64,000 nt of DNA from assembly GCA_963702095.1 (NCBI GenBank), contig OY969706.1, positions 832,001-896,000 on the forward strand, given 5' to 3'. The notes under the pieces are model-generated. The model worked only from the letters and a program-made list of their open reading frames with translations, had not been told where the DNA came from and did no database searches. Of the stretch, positions 39,710 through 49,862 are shown one piece after another; within the stretch, counting starts at the first letter, position 1; every line of letters begins with the position of its first letter. The position numbers and the translations under genes were made by a program. This stretch comes from Candidatus Bathyarchaeota archaeon. Its GTDB lineage: Archaea > Thermoproteota > Bathyarchaeia > Bathyarchaeales > Bathycorpusculaceae.

Positions 39710-40783
39710 ATGAATAAAGAGACTTTCGGAAAAAAACTTCATTCGCGGCCCATAAAAAAAATCTCTAAACCCCTTGCAATAGCCATCAGCGTACTATTCA
39801 TCGTTGGCATGGTGTCAGTTTTTGCAACACAATCAGCAGACGCTGCAACTTCTGTTCTCAACATCTCAAGTGGCCAATGGATATGTCAAGCGCATACAAA
39901 TGTTGAACCAATTACAACGTATAATATTCCTCACACAGAAGGCACTCGCAGTGCAAGCGGCGTGTCCAATGTAGAAAACTGCTACCTTCCACAGGCAATC
40001 TTTAGAGGTTATTGCCGCTGGGATGCAAACGGCGGATCCTTCAACCTGCAAAGCTACCCAATGCTAAGCTTCGATATATGGTGTGATAGAGTAATGGAAA
40101 TCAACGTCGGCGTGGTAGATACCACAAACGGTGGATGGAACGCAGCCGGTGTTAATATTGCAGACACCTATCATAACGGACAAGCCAACACTCCACCATA
40201 CAACAATTTGTATGGTTCAGGAACAGTAAAGTCCTCAGACGGTTATTGGCTATTAATGGTAGGTCCAAGCGACGGAAGCACCCAACACTACACACTCGAC
40301 TTAAGAACCATGGGCGTCAGTCTTTCGCATATTGGGCAAATCGTCTTTGACGTAACCTGCAATCACCAAGCCAACATCAACTGGAAAATCGAGAACATAG
40401 TGGTTTCCACCGACGGAGTCGTTCCAGCAAACCCGCAACCCACAGCTTCACCAACAGCAGCCCCAACCGCAGCACCTACACCGACTGCAACGCCCTCACC
40501 AACTCCAGCGCCCACAACAGAACCCACAACGACCCCCTCACCAACTACCGCGCCTACAACAACCCCAACACAGACTCCAGAACCAGCAACGCCTTCACAT
40601 CCAACTCACGTCACCCCATCACCGACCCCAGTAGCAACACCTTCACCGGAGCCAACTATTGCACCAACACCCACATCACTGACAAACCCAACAGTTACGC
40701 CAAACCAGCCTTTTACTATTCATCATAGCTGGTGGTGGAACTGGTTCAGTTGGTTCCGCGGTTGCATGTGGTTCCACTTCTAA
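39710..40783 (+). CDS. Secreted protein: CBM-like beta domain, P/T linker, aromatic C-terminal tail
   Basis: Signal peptide, beta-rich domain (LSFDIW...YTLDL...IVFDV..WKIENI), PT repeats, ending HHSWWWNWFSWFRGCMWFHF. Confidence 0.8.
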   Translation: MNKETFGKKLHSRPIKKISKPLAIAISVLFIVGMVSVFATQSADAATSVLNISSGQWICQAHTNVEPITTYNIPHTEGTRSASGVSNVENCYLPQAIFRGYCRWDANGGSFNLQSYPMLSFDIWCDRVMEINVGVVDTTNGGWNAAGVNIADTYHNGQANTPPYNNLYGSGTVKSSDGYWLLMVGPSDGSTQHYTLDLRTMGVSLSHIGQIVFDVTCNHQANINWKIENIVVSTDGVVPANPQPTASPTAAPTAAPTPTATPSPTPAPTTEPTTTPSPTTAPTTTPTQTPEPATPSHPTHVTPSPTPVATPSPEPTIAPTPTSLTNPTVTPNQPFTIHHSWWWNWFSWFRGCMWFHF

Positions 40784-40831
40784 ACCCCTTCCTTTTTTAT
40801 TGTTTTTGTTGGGTCTGTTTTTGCCTTCGAG

Positions 40832-41647
40832 TTACATCCATTTTGACTTGTTAAAATAACCCAGTTTGCTGGCAACCGTATAGACTAGAAACTTGTCGAG
40901 CGGATAATATTTTTTGCAGTAGTGACATAACTCAAGACTAGACTGCCTATCGCGGAACCGCTTAACCACCGTGGCATAATTATCCTCCAACAAGTTCCCT
41001 ATCGTATGTTCTAGCTTAAAGTCCATGTCACAGGTTTGTACTCTGCCATCTGGCATCACGACAAGTTGAGGTGTTGCAGTTTTTCGGCAGAAACCGACCT
41101 TCCGTGGTTTCGGTAGAATGCCCCTGCACAGGTTCTCTCTTTCGTTGCTAATGAACAGGTCATTCATGGTGATGTACTGCACGTTGGGGATTCCCTGCAT
41201 GATGCAGAAAATGTTTTCCTTATACTCGCTGGTTAACTGGAAGTTTGTGTTTTTGCCATCGGGTAAATGCAGCACAAACCCTTCGTACCTTAAATCAAGC
41301 AGGTCCTTGACGGTTTTGTTGGATGCACCCTGCAGTGTCGTTGCAACATGAATTCGGTAGCCTTCCTGCTGAGCATATTTCGCCATCTCAGTAAAAGATG
41401 GATTAACACAGGGTTCGCAGAAACCTGAGAAATCAATCATTACACTCTTTGGAATATGGCTCAGCATCATTTTGAAGTTATGTAGACTCATCAGGCGCTC
41501 GTTTCTGCCGTAGTTTCTAAGTAACACTTCTTGGGGACAATACTTTTGGCAGTTTACCGGGCACCCTATAGCCAATGTGAACTCCACATATTCGTTTGAA
41601 TAAAAATTAGTCGCGCGGTCAACAGCGCTTAATTGTTTAATACCCAT
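40832..41647 (-). CDS. Radical SAM/SPASM-domain protein
   Basis: CPVNCQKYC (variant spacing), SGFCEP, C-terminal PDGRVQTC..D..IGNL..CHYC. Confidence 0.85.
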   Translation of the reverse strand: MGIKQLSAVDRATNFYSNEYVEFTLAIGCPVNCQKYCPQEVLLRNYGRNERLMSLHNFKMMLSHIPKSVMIDFSGFCEPCVNPSFTEMAKYAQQEGYRIHVATTLQGASNKTVKDLLDLRYEGFVLHLPDGKNTNFQLTSEYKENIFCIMQGIPNVQYITMNDLFISNERENLCRGILPKPRKVGFCRKTATPQLVVMPDGRVQTCDMDFKLEHTIGNLLEDNYATVVKRFRDRQSSLELCHYCKKYYPLDKFLVYTVASKLGYFNKSKWM

Positions 41648-41859
41648 AAAATCGCCTCTTTGTTTGCTATACTAAAAAGCCGCCAATTAACAGAATCCAG
41701 CGGCAGCTTATAAATTTTTAGCTAGACATAGCAAACAATTCTTCGGAGAGCGATTCTTCGATAACCGGTTTATGCTCCAGATTCTAAAAATGATGAAGGG
41801 GACACTGCCTTTTCCGTAAAGGCGACGCTTTGAGACGCCTATTCTGACGCAACAAGAAA

Positions 41860-42843
41860 TTAAAGATTGATTTTGTTTTTATAGGCTTCTGAAATAGCCT
41901 CCAAATCCCTCAGCCCATCTAAACCAGTGGGTTGGGGGGGTTGGTCATTTTGCAGGCAATCCACGAAGTACTGCAACTCGTCAAAATGTGGCTGGTTGAA
42001 AGTGTTTATGCCTCTGGTCAACATCTGATAGGCATTGGCGACTGTAGGCGGGGTTGCATGCTGCACAGAAACATTTCGAACACTGCCCAAAACGTTGAGC
42101 CGCAGCAAGTATTCTTGGGAGTACCAGCCCACGTTGACAACTGCTAAGGTTCCTGAGTTGAAGCGGGCCAGCACCATGGCTGAATCCTCGAAATCCATGT
42201 TGTATCGGTAGCCGAATTGCCCCTTGATGGCGGTGATTTCGCCGAAGAGCATGCGTAACAAGTTGATTATGTGGCAGCCTAAGTCAACTAGTACTCCGCC
42301 GCCGGATCTGGCTGGGTCAAACCACCAGTCAGGCACAGGAGCAGGCGAGTGGCCGTCGGCTCGGTGCACAAAAGGCCCTGCACATACATAGGTTGCGAGG
42401 GCGTTTTCGACGTCTCCGACTAAGCCGTCTGCCATGTCCTGCTTGATCTTTTGGAAATGCCGATTAAACCTCATTGGATAACCCAGCATAAGCTTAACTT
42501 GGTTGCGCTGGGCAGAGGCGATTACTTTTCTTGCGTCTTCAACGGTGACGGCGATGGGTTTTTCGAGGAAAATGTCTTTATGGGCTTCAGCGGCCTGCTG
42601 GGCGCAGTCGAGGTGCAGATGAGTCGGCAGTGCAATTAGAACCGCGTCGATTTGGGGGTCCTTGAGCATTTCGCTGTAATTGGTGAAAGTTTTCTTTACC
42701 CCCCGTGCCTTGGCGCTCTCCAATGCCGACTTAGATGTGTCTGCAACAGCCGCAACTTCAGCGTTCTTAAGCATTAAGGCGTGTTTGAGGTGAAGTTGGC
42801 CGATGCCGCCGATTCCGACTATACCTAACTTTTCAGTATGCAC
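41860..42843 (-). CDS. Gfo/Idh/MocA oxidoreductase
   Basis: GIVGIGGIG, FLEKP, GGGVLVDLGCH. Confidence 0.92.
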   Translation of the reverse strand: MHTEKLGIVGIGGIGQLHLKHALMLKNAEVAAVADTSKSALESAKARGVKKTFTNYSEMLKDPQIDAVLIALPTHLHLDCAQQAAEAHKDIFLEKPIAVTVEDARKVIASAQRNQVKLMLGYPMRFNRHFQKIKQDMADGLVGDVENALATYVCAGPFVHRADGHSPAPVPDWWFDPARSGGGVLVDLGCHIINLLRMLFGEITAIKGQFGYRYNMDFEDSAMVLARFNSGTLAVVNVGWYSQEYLLRLNVLGSVRNVSVQHATPPTVANAYQMLTRGINTFNQPHFDELQYFVDCLQNDQPPQPTGLDGLRDLEAISEAYKNKINL

Positions 42844-42856
42844 AAATAATCCTCCC

Positions 42857-43760
42857 TTACTCCAGTCCCATTCGCCTGCCAAGCCCAACGGTCCGCAGGG
42901 TCTTCTTAAGTCTGGCCTTTGGCTTTCATTTTGGAGGTTACTTTGGGGTATATTGCCCTGAAAGCTTCGAGTGGCTCACCCTTTGCTACATAAGCGCGTT
43001 TGCCTACGCCTTCGCGTTCAGCAACTTCAAAATAGGGGATTTTAGCGGGGTTCAACCAGGCGATTTTTGCGGCGGCAACATCTACGGCGACAGGGTCAGT
43101 GGACGCCATTACTAAACCCATTTTTCGGGGTTGCACGCCTGCGCCGATGTTGTTGTCGATTAAGCAGAGGTCAAAAGGCATGGCTTTGTTCAATGCGACG
43201 ATAACGTTGCCTAGGTCGCTATGGTACACGAATTTTTTTTGGATTGGGTTGCAGCCAAAGATGTTTTTAAGTGCACAAGTAAGTTTGACGGGGTCTACAG
43301 TGTATTTTATGTGGGCTATGTTGATTTTTAAGTCGGCGTCGCCGATAGTGTTTGGCACATTAAAATCGTAGTTTTTGCCGTTGCATGTAACGCATACGTT
43401 GCGTGCTGGATCTTCGGTGAGGTTTATTAGTCGCACGTTTTTTTCTTGCGCGAGCTTCTCGTAACCTAACATTCTAAAAGCGTATTTGCATCGCATAGCC
43501 GAAGCATCCGACTCCACAACCGCAATGTCGATGTCAGGCGAGATTTCCATCCGCAGCAAATCAATCAGCGCCGCCACAAACTGGGGCTCAGTGGTTTGCC
43601 CAGTGGTGCAGTCCCAGTAATAGCACAGGTTAGGTTTAATCACAACCCTCTGTGCATCTGCGGGGAAGCTATAGCCGATTAGGTTTAGCGATTGCGTAAT
43701 CGCATCCTTAAACGGGGAATCGGTTAGGCTGGATATTTTAACTAAGCTTACAAGACTCAT
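42857..43760 (-). CDS. DUF362 domain protein (frameshift near 42915)
   Basis: VVIKPN, TTEP, INIAHIK..T.ALKNIFG, ASTDPVAVD. Confidence 0.85.
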
Positions 43761-43797
43761 AACCCAAACTTTCCTGGTTTGATAGAAGCAACTGAAA

Positions 43798-45435
43798 TTA
43801 ACTGAAGGCAGAAGCAACGGATTCTTTGAAGTTACCTATAAACTGCCTGCCTCTTCTAAGACTATCTATTTTCGTGAAGGCAGACATAAGGTTTTTGGCT
43901 TGAGCTCCAATCGCCTCAGTCCTAGGCAGGTACTTGCCATAAACGCGGATTAAACGCGCAAGAGTATACTCTGGCAACTCGTTTGACAGCATCTGGGAAC
44001 TAAGGTATTCCCAGTAAACATCAGTGTAATCGGTTTGCTCCAAAGGAATCATGGGCGAATGCAGTGCATGCTGAGAAGGCAAAGACTGCAACACTGCGTT
44101 AAGGTAAGTGTTCCAGCCTGGTGGGCAATGCTCATGTTCAATGTTTTCCCTGACTAAACCCGCTATGGCTCTCTCCCGTTCCAAGTGACTGTAGTCGGCT
44201 GCCCACTCAAGAGTTTCAGTGAAGCCCTCAAGCGAAGACTTATGCACCTTAAAATTCGCAAATCCAACGTCGTCTTCGAGGCTTAGATGCGGCAACTCTT
44301 TGAGGTGCAATCCCACGATGGGTAAATTATGCATTGCAGCTTCCAACATCGAGGTTCCGCTGCCACAGGGAAAACTCACCACATACACATCTGCTGCGGC
44401 ATAAAAGTTCTCCAGCATATCCCGGTCCACAACACCCAACGCTTGGATTCTGCCCTCTACCTGCTGGGAAGCCTCTTGCCAGCGGCCTTCAGACGAGGGT
44501 CCAGCCGCCACTAACCGCACGTTAGAATGTGACTTAAGAAAATCAACCATAACATTAAGGAAATCGTAATTGCCAAAAGGGTAAAACTTCTCTGCCCGCC
44601 CCACTGTCAGCATAATTACGTCTTTGTCGCCGAAACCCAGTTGTTGGCGAACGCTGGACCTTATGGGGGCAGAGTCGTTTCTTATTAAGGGAATGGGTAG
44701 CAGCCGTGAGTCGATGATGCCTCTGCGTTTGGCGTTTAGTAATCCTGCGCTGGAGTGGTAATCCACGGTGATGTCGGCGACGCTGCTGCCCAGCCAAAAA
44801 GCATGGTCAGCGTGGTTGCAGAAGATGACGGGTGGTCCCCCGTCTACTCCGAAAGCCACAGAGGGCACGGGGTCAAAGGGGTGAACCAGCAAGACAATTA
44901 TGTCTGCCCAGTTCTGGGCAAGCAAACGCAGCAGAAGAGACTGCTCCACTAGACTGTCTGAGAGTTCACTTAGGGAGCATGTCCAGCCACCGCATGAACC
45001 GACGGCATCCCAAAGCAGAGGCGGAAGCTCACCGTTTTGGGCAGTGGTTATTATGCTGTGAACCGAGTTTTCCAAGGTGTTACTTATCCATCTAGCCACG
45101 AAGGGAGTGTGGCCGCCTGACCCGTAGCTTTCAGTTAAAACATGCAGTAAACGCATTTTGCCAAAGTTTTTAGGTTTGGTTTTAAGGAAAAAAGCACCTG
45201 TGACTTCAGGCGGATCCGCTTCTACCCGCTGTGCCACTTCAAGGAGGAGGCTCTCCAGTTTCGGACTCATGTAAACGCCTGGATGCCGAACAAAGGCGAA
45301 GTGCGCTGCGATCTTGGACCAAGCCATAACCGCTTCTAAATGGTTTTTTGTAAGGGCTTCGCTTGCTTTTTCCACTGTCTTCTGGAATATCCTTCGATTT
45401 TCCTGTATTTGCGGATTTAGAAGTTGCTGAGACAA
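43798..45435 (-). CDS. Glycosyltransferase, GT4-like
   Basis: LHVLTE.Y.SGGHT, NHADH.FWLG, ADVYV.SFP.GSGTSMLEAA. Confidence 0.85.
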   Translation of the reverse strand: MSQQLLNPQIQENRRIFQKTVEKASEALTKNHLEAVMAWSKIAAHFAFVRHPGVYMSPKLESLLLEVAQRVEADPPEVTGAFFLKTKPKNFGKMRLLHVLTESYGSGGHTPFVARWISNTLENSVHSIITTAQNGELPPLLWDAVGSCGGWTCSLSELSDSLVEQSLLLRLLAQNWADIIVLLVHPFDPVPSVAFGVDGGPPVIFCNHADHAFWLGSSVADITVDYHSSAGLLNAKRRGIIDSRLLPIPLIRNDSAPIRSSVRQQLGFGDKDVIMLTVGRAEKFYPFGNYDFLNVMVDFLKSHSNVRLVAAGPSSEGRWQEASQQVEGRIQALGVVDRDMLENFYAAADVYVVSFPCGSGTSMLEAAMHNLPIVGLHLKELPHLSLEDDVGFANFKVHKSSLEGFTETLEWAADYSHLERERAIAGLVRENIEHEHCPPGWNTYLNAVLQSLPSQHALHSPMIPLEQTDYTDVYWEYLSSQMLSNELPEYTLARLIRVYGKYLPRTEAIGAQAKNLMSAFTKIDSLRRGRQFIGNFKESVASAFS

Positions 45436-45467
45436 AAAGACACTTCGCTACAGACACAATGATTGTG

Positions 45468-46415
45468 TTATTCGGAGCTAAAACGCATAAGGACAGAGGA
45501 CATTTTCTGGTAGCAGTCTCCTAGAAACGCTCCAAAACAGCCGTCTCCGCCCGTTAACGCCAACGACAAGAAAAGGAAGCTGTTTGCTCGGGGAGGGTTT
45601 ATGCGGAGGGCTTTTAGGTAGTAGTGTTTAGCCAACGATTTTTGATGGAGACCCGCATAGGCGTGGCCAATCTTGTAGTGTATGTCAGCTAGAGAGCGCT
45701 GACTGATTTGTCCCCCATATTCTTCAAGGAAGTGGTTTCTTAGCAGAATCCTTTCTTTAAACCATACCTGCTCATTTTTGGAGGTGATGTTCTGTCCGTG
45801 AACGCGGTAATAGGCTAAGGGTGCATTCAAAAAAACAAATTCGTGTTCTTTAGCTAAATCGACAAAGAACTGGTGGTCAGCGACCAACTGTAGATTCTCA
45901 TTAAAAGCCACTTCCCTAGCAAACTCTGTTTTAAGCAGTGCGCTCTGTCCAAACACGAAATCTTCCCGCAAAAGCTCCTGAAAAAGGTTTCCGCTTTTTC
46001 TTTTGGGGCTTAACTGATGCTCCGTAACATTTTGCTCCATGAAAACGCCTTGGCTGTCGATTATTTTTCCTTCAGACCAAACAATGCAGTCTTCATAGCG
46101 TTCGATTACGCCAAGTTGCTTCTCGAGTTTATCTGGGAACCAGCCGTCGTCTGACCCCACGAAAGAAACGTATTTGCCATGTGCTTGCCTTAAACAGTCG
46201 TTTAGGGTTTTTGAGATGCCCATGTTTTTTTTATGAAAAAACGCTTTGACACGCGGGTCTTTGGCTTGGTATGTTTCAATTATTGTTTTTGAGTTATCGG
46301 TTGAGGCATCATCAACTACGATTAATTCGAGGTCGCTAAATGTTTGGTCAAGGACGCTTTGCATGGCTTGTGCAAGGTATTTTTCGTGGTTGTAGGAGCC
46401 CATTAACACGCTCAC
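45468..46415 (-). CDS. Glycosyltransferase GT2 with C-terminal TPR-like helix
   Basis: SVLMGSYNHE, VVDDASTD, GSDD, YYRVH. Confidence 0.92.
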   Translation of the reverse strand: MSVLMGSYNHEKYLAQAMQSVLDQTFSDLELIVVDDASTDNSKTIIETYQAKDPRVKAFFHKKNMGISKTLNDCLRQAHGKYVSFVGSDDGWFPDKLEKQLGVIERYEDCIVWSEGKIIDSQGVFMEQNVTEHQLSPKRKSGNLFQELLREDFVFGQSALLKTEFAREVAFNENLQLVADHQFFVDLAKEHEFVFLNAPLAYYRVHGQNITSKNEQVWFKERILLRNHFLEEYGGQISQRSLADIHYKIGHAYAGLHQKSLAKHYYLKALRINPPRANSFLFLSLALTGGDGCFGAFLGDCYQKMSSVLMRFSSE

Positions 46416-46526
46416 TAAAACCAGTCTAATTCACCAGTTAACATAGAATCGATTCAATATATGAATGGTTATGGAAGACAGATACGGTGCGCCTCTAATC
46501 GTGAATCAAGTTTTGGTCGGTTCGCT

Positions 46527-46674
46527 TTTTTCTTTAGTTGTTGTTGCCGAGAACCGCTTATACACAACAACAACCAGCCGGCTGTGTAGGGCGTTGTATT
46601 TTGGTACAGGCTTCCACTTCAGGTTGCAGGCTGATTGTGCCGACTTCTGCAAGCAGAACAGCAATTTTGATCTA
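46527..46674 (-). repeat. Dispersed structured repeat, family A/B copy A4
   Basis: Reverse complement: TAGATCAAAA..CTGTTCTGC-TTG-N12-CAA-N60-GTTGTTGTTG-N18-CAACAACAAC-TAAAG. Confidence 0.88.
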
Positions 46675-46682
46675 TGTAGAGT

Positions 46683-47639
46683 TTAGAGGGTAATCTTGTA
46701 GGCATCGTACATGACTGCGCTTGCCCCAAAATTCTCTTTACGCTTAATCAACCCCACATTAAGCACTGCGCCCTGCTGCTCGGTTGAAATGCCGAAGTCA
46801 AAGTATTTTTTGCCTTGGTAGTGCTGGTTGATTAGGTAGTCTTCGATGAGGTCCTGTGCGCCGATGCTCCAGCCTTCTTTTGAGTTGGCGCCGTACTGCA
46901 TGTGAACCACGTTTTGACTTTCATACATGATAACGCCGGCAAGCATAGTGTCGTCTTTGAAGGAACCGAACAGCTTTATGTTGTCTGGAAACCTGTCCGC
47001 TAAAAGCTTAATCTCCTCGGCAGAGTGCACTGGTTTAACTCCATGCCGCTCAACCAGCACCTCCTCCTCAATCCGCATGAAAGTATCAAAATCCCTCGAT
47101 TCCTTCACGGTTAAGCCGTGTTTTTTGGCTTTTCTTAGGTTGTCCTTTCGGTTGTTGTCAAAGCCTCTTGCGTTGGGCAAATAGATTGCTGAGGATACGT
47201 TTCTTGCTTTGAGTTTGGCATTGAGTTTGAAGAGGGCGTAGAGGTCTTCGTCGGCGGGGCTTGAATGGTAGATGTGGGGGATTGGTTTGTAGGTTACAGT
47301 GGCGATGCCTATCTTGCGGCAATGTCCTGCGAGGGCGTCGAAGACACTTAGCATAAGCGGAGTCTTCATTTTGAAATCAGAGATTACGCCACCAAAAGTT
47401 AAGCCGCCATGGCAAAACAGCGCATCGCCATCCAAATTCGCAGGTAGTAGCGCAACGAGTTTGTCGCCATCATAAAATATTAGGGAATGGTCCTTGAAAC
47501 GGTCGGCATGATATTCCATGTAATCCCGATAAAAGAGGAAAACACCGTTTTTAGAGCCGGAAACAAACTTGTCCCACATTGCCTTGTGCTGAGGCTCATA
47601 TAGTGAAACATGCAAGGCGCAGCTGTCTGGGCTGGTCAA
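46683..47639 (-). CDS. GNAT/FemAB-like acyltransferase
   Basis: FLFYRDYMEYH.DRF.DHSL, HGGLTFGG, YFDFGISTE, KENFG. Confidence 0.88.
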   Translation of the reverse strand: MTSPDSCALHVSLYEPQHKAMWDKFVSGSKNGVFLFYRDYMEYHADRFKDHSLIFYDGDKLVALLPANLDGDALFCHGGLTFGGVISDFKMKTPLMLSVFDALAGHCRKIGIATVTYKPIPHIYHSSPADEDLYALFKLNAKLKARNVSSAIYLPNARGFDNNRKDNLRKAKKHGLTVKESRDFDTFMRIEEEVLVERHGVKPVHSAEEIKLLADRFPDNIKLFGSFKDDTMLAGVIMYESQNVVHMQYGANSKEGWSIGAQDLIEDYLINQHYQGKKYFDFGISTEQQGAVLNVGLIKRKENFGASAVMYDAYKITL

Positions 47640-48304
47640 ATGGTTTCTTCCCCCGAAATGAACCGCTCCATAGTTTTGCCCGGTAACGGCTTAGCAGGGT
47701 TCCCAACATAAACTTGGCCGCCGACCACATCCCCGAGTACCACCGCGCCTGCGCCGACAACGCAGTCCCTTCCGACGTGGACTTGGTCTCTGAGGCAACT
47801 GTTAACGCCCAGAAAAGAGCATTCTCCAATTTCGCAGAACCCTGAAACTGCCACATGAGATGCCAAAAAACAGTTGTCCCCGACGGTTGAGCGGTGGCAG
47901 ATTGAGCTGCCGCTCCAGACGGTGACGTTGTTACCGATTTTTGCGCCATGCTGCACGGTGACGTTTTCGAGGATGAAGCAGTTGTCGCCGATTTCCACAT
48001 TGTGTGCGATGGCGGCATGAGGGCTTATGTATGAGTGGAGGGTGTAGCCTTTGGCTTTGGCTAATCCGTAGAGTTTGCTTCGGAGCCTGTTTAGCTGGGT
48101 GTAGGAGACTGCGATGAAGGCGCGGCAGTCTTTGGGGTCAAAGTGCCGTTGGATGTCTTCGAAAGCCACAACTGGCAAACCAAACAGGGACTCGTTTTTG
48201 AGGAACGCTTTTTCGACGCTAAAACCAACCACGTTGTAGCTTGATTGTTCAGTGAAGTAGGCGTAGGCTAACGCTGCTGTTTCGCCGTCGCCAACGATAA
48301 CCAA
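47636..48304 (-). CDS. NeuD/PglD-like sugar acetyltransferase (left-handed beta-helix)
   Basis: LVIVGDG, hexapeptide repeats, VGAGAVV..D, VGNPA. Start uncertain. Confidence 0.9.
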   Translation of the reverse strand: MVIVGDGETAALAYAYFTEQSSYNVVGFSVEKAFLKNESLFGLPVVAFEDIQRHFDPKDCRAFIAVSYTQLNRLRSKLYGLAKAKGYTLHSYISPHAAIAHNVEIGDNCFILENVTVQHGAKIGNNVTVWSGSSICHRSTVGDNCFLASHVAVSGFCEIGECSFLGVNSCLRDQVHVGRDCVVGAGAVVLGDVVGGQVYVGNPAKPLPGKTMERFISGEETI

Positions 48305-48311
48305 TTTCTCT

Positions 48312-48746
48312 TTATTTCCAACCGTTTTGAACCCACCCTTTGAAGACGTCATAGTCACGCAGGTAATCAGATTCATCGTAGATTTGGCTGACCAAGGAGA
48401 GCGCAACCGAATTTGAGGAAAAGTTTTCGAGTTCCCGCCAAATCCTCGGAGGAATGTAGAGGCCATAGTGGGGGCGGTTGAGGAAAAACTTGGTTCGGCT
48501 AAAACCGTCGTCGAGGAGCACGTCGAAGCTGCCGCTTAATGCGATGACCATTTGGTGGAGTTCTTTGTGGGCATGTCCGCCGCGGGTGGCGCCGCTTGGC
48601 ACATCATAGAGGTAGTAGACGCGTTTGATTGGGAAAGGGATTTGCCTGTTTTCCTCTATGAAGGAGAGGTTGCCCCTGTAATCGGTGACCTTGGGGAAAT
48701 TGACGATTTTGCAGTCTTTTAGGTTGCCGCATTGTTCAACCTGCAA
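48312..48746 (-). CDS. fdtA: FdtA/QdtA-type dTDP-sugar 3,4-ketoisomerase (cupin)
   Basis: D.RGNL, RVYYLYDVP, RGGHAH, WREL.NFS, YDESDY.RDY. Confidence 0.9.
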   Translation of the reverse strand: MQVEQCGNLKDCKIVNFPKVTDYRGNLSFIEENRQIPFPIKRVYYLYDVPSGATRGGHAHKELHQMVIALSGSFDVLLDDGFSRTKFFLNRPHYGLYIPPRIWRELENFSSNSVALSLVSQIYDESDYLRDYDVFKGWVQNGWK

Positions 48747-48749
48747 ACT

Positions 48750-49862
48750 TTAACCTCCATTTTCAGTCGCTTTCCTATCAGCCGAAACTGCCTTCTCATA
48801 GTCGCCTACCGCAAACAGAAACGAGTTATCGCTTAGCTTGGACGGAAACAGGTAGAGAGCGGTGGGCAAGTGGATTCGGACGAATTTTTCTTTGAGTGCA
48901 TCTGGCGAAACCTTGGTTTTGCTCCAGTGGGCGACCCTGTTCCGCCACAGAAAACCCATGTTTCGCAGCGTCCAGGTGAAGCTGTGGATGTTGGCGCGGA
49001 TTACACCTAAATTCCGTTTTCTAAGCGCGTAGACGGTGTGGATCAGCGAATAGATAAAGTTGACGAAGGAGGCTTTGGCTAATTCTCCTAAGTGGTAGTA
49101 CACGTCGAATAAGAGGCAGGTTTTGGCTCTCTGCAAATTAAACGTGGTGTTCTCAACGTTCCAGGCGGCGGATGCACCCAGAATATGGCGTATCTTTGAG
49201 TTCTCCACGGTTACGACGCGGCGGTTTGCCAGCCACACCTTAAACGAGAGCAATGTGTCGTCGTAGAAGAAGGGGATTCGCTCATCGAACAAACCAATCT
49301 CATCGATTAATGCTCGGGGTGCGATCATGCTGGCGCCTGAAGCCACCGAAACTTCAAAGACCGATTGGAATTTGAGGCTGCTGGTCTTGTTTTGCCCCAG
49401 CGGATGCTTACGGACCAAGTAGTTGCTAAAAACCCAGCCGCCGATCTGGATTTTCTCGGTGTCCATATTTAAAATTTTGCTCTGCGCCAAACCGATGGTG
49501 GGGTCGTTCTGCAGGGCGTTGACCAGCTCCAAGAGCCAGTTCTCGTCGACCACGGTGTCGTTGTTTAGGAAAACCAGGTATTCGCCCTTGGATTGCTGGT
49601 AACCTATGTTGTTGCCGCCGCTAAAACCCAAGTTCAGGGCGTTTCGGATTACTCTTAGGTGGGGGTCGCCGCCGAAAACACGTTCTGCCTCAGCCATGCT
49701 GGCGTCGGTTGAGGCGTTGTCGACTAAGACTACTTCATAGTTCGTGTACCTGTTCTTTAAAACTGAGTTTAAGCAGTTGGAGAGGTATTTTTCGCCGTTG
49801 TAGTTGAGGATGATTACTGAAACAAATGGTGTATCGGTCAAAAAGACAGACTCTACCTCCAA
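48750..49862 (-). CDS. Glycosyltransferase GT2
   Basis: VSVIILNYNG, VDNASTD, NLGFSGGNN, FLNND. Confidence 0.92.
   Translation of the reverse strand: MEVESVFLTDTPFVSVIILNYNGEKYLSNCLNSVLKNRYTNYEVVLVDNASTDASMAEAERVFGGDPHLRVIRNALNLGFSGGNNIGYQQSKGEYLVFLNNDTVVDENWLLELVNALQNDPTIGLAQSKILNMDTEKIQIGGWVFSNYLVRKHPLGQNKTSSLKFQSVFEVSVASGASMIAPRALIDEIGLFDERIPFFYDDTLLSFKVWLANRRVVTVENSKIRHILGASAAWNVENTTFNLQRAKTCLLFDVYYHLGELAKASFVNFIYSLIHTVYALRKRNLGVIRANIHSFTWTLRNMGFLWRNRVAHWSKTKVSPDALKEKFVRIHLPTALYLFPSKLSDNSFLFAVGDYEKAVSADRKATENGG

Noticed and set aside
14835-43760. Programmed frameshifting or pseudogenisation of gatE, elp3, LLM, flippase and DUF362
   Set aside because: These are scattered single-base indels, mostly in or beside short homopolymers, and include the normally essential gatE. 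Sequencing or assembly error is the simplest explanation. Read polishing would confirm.
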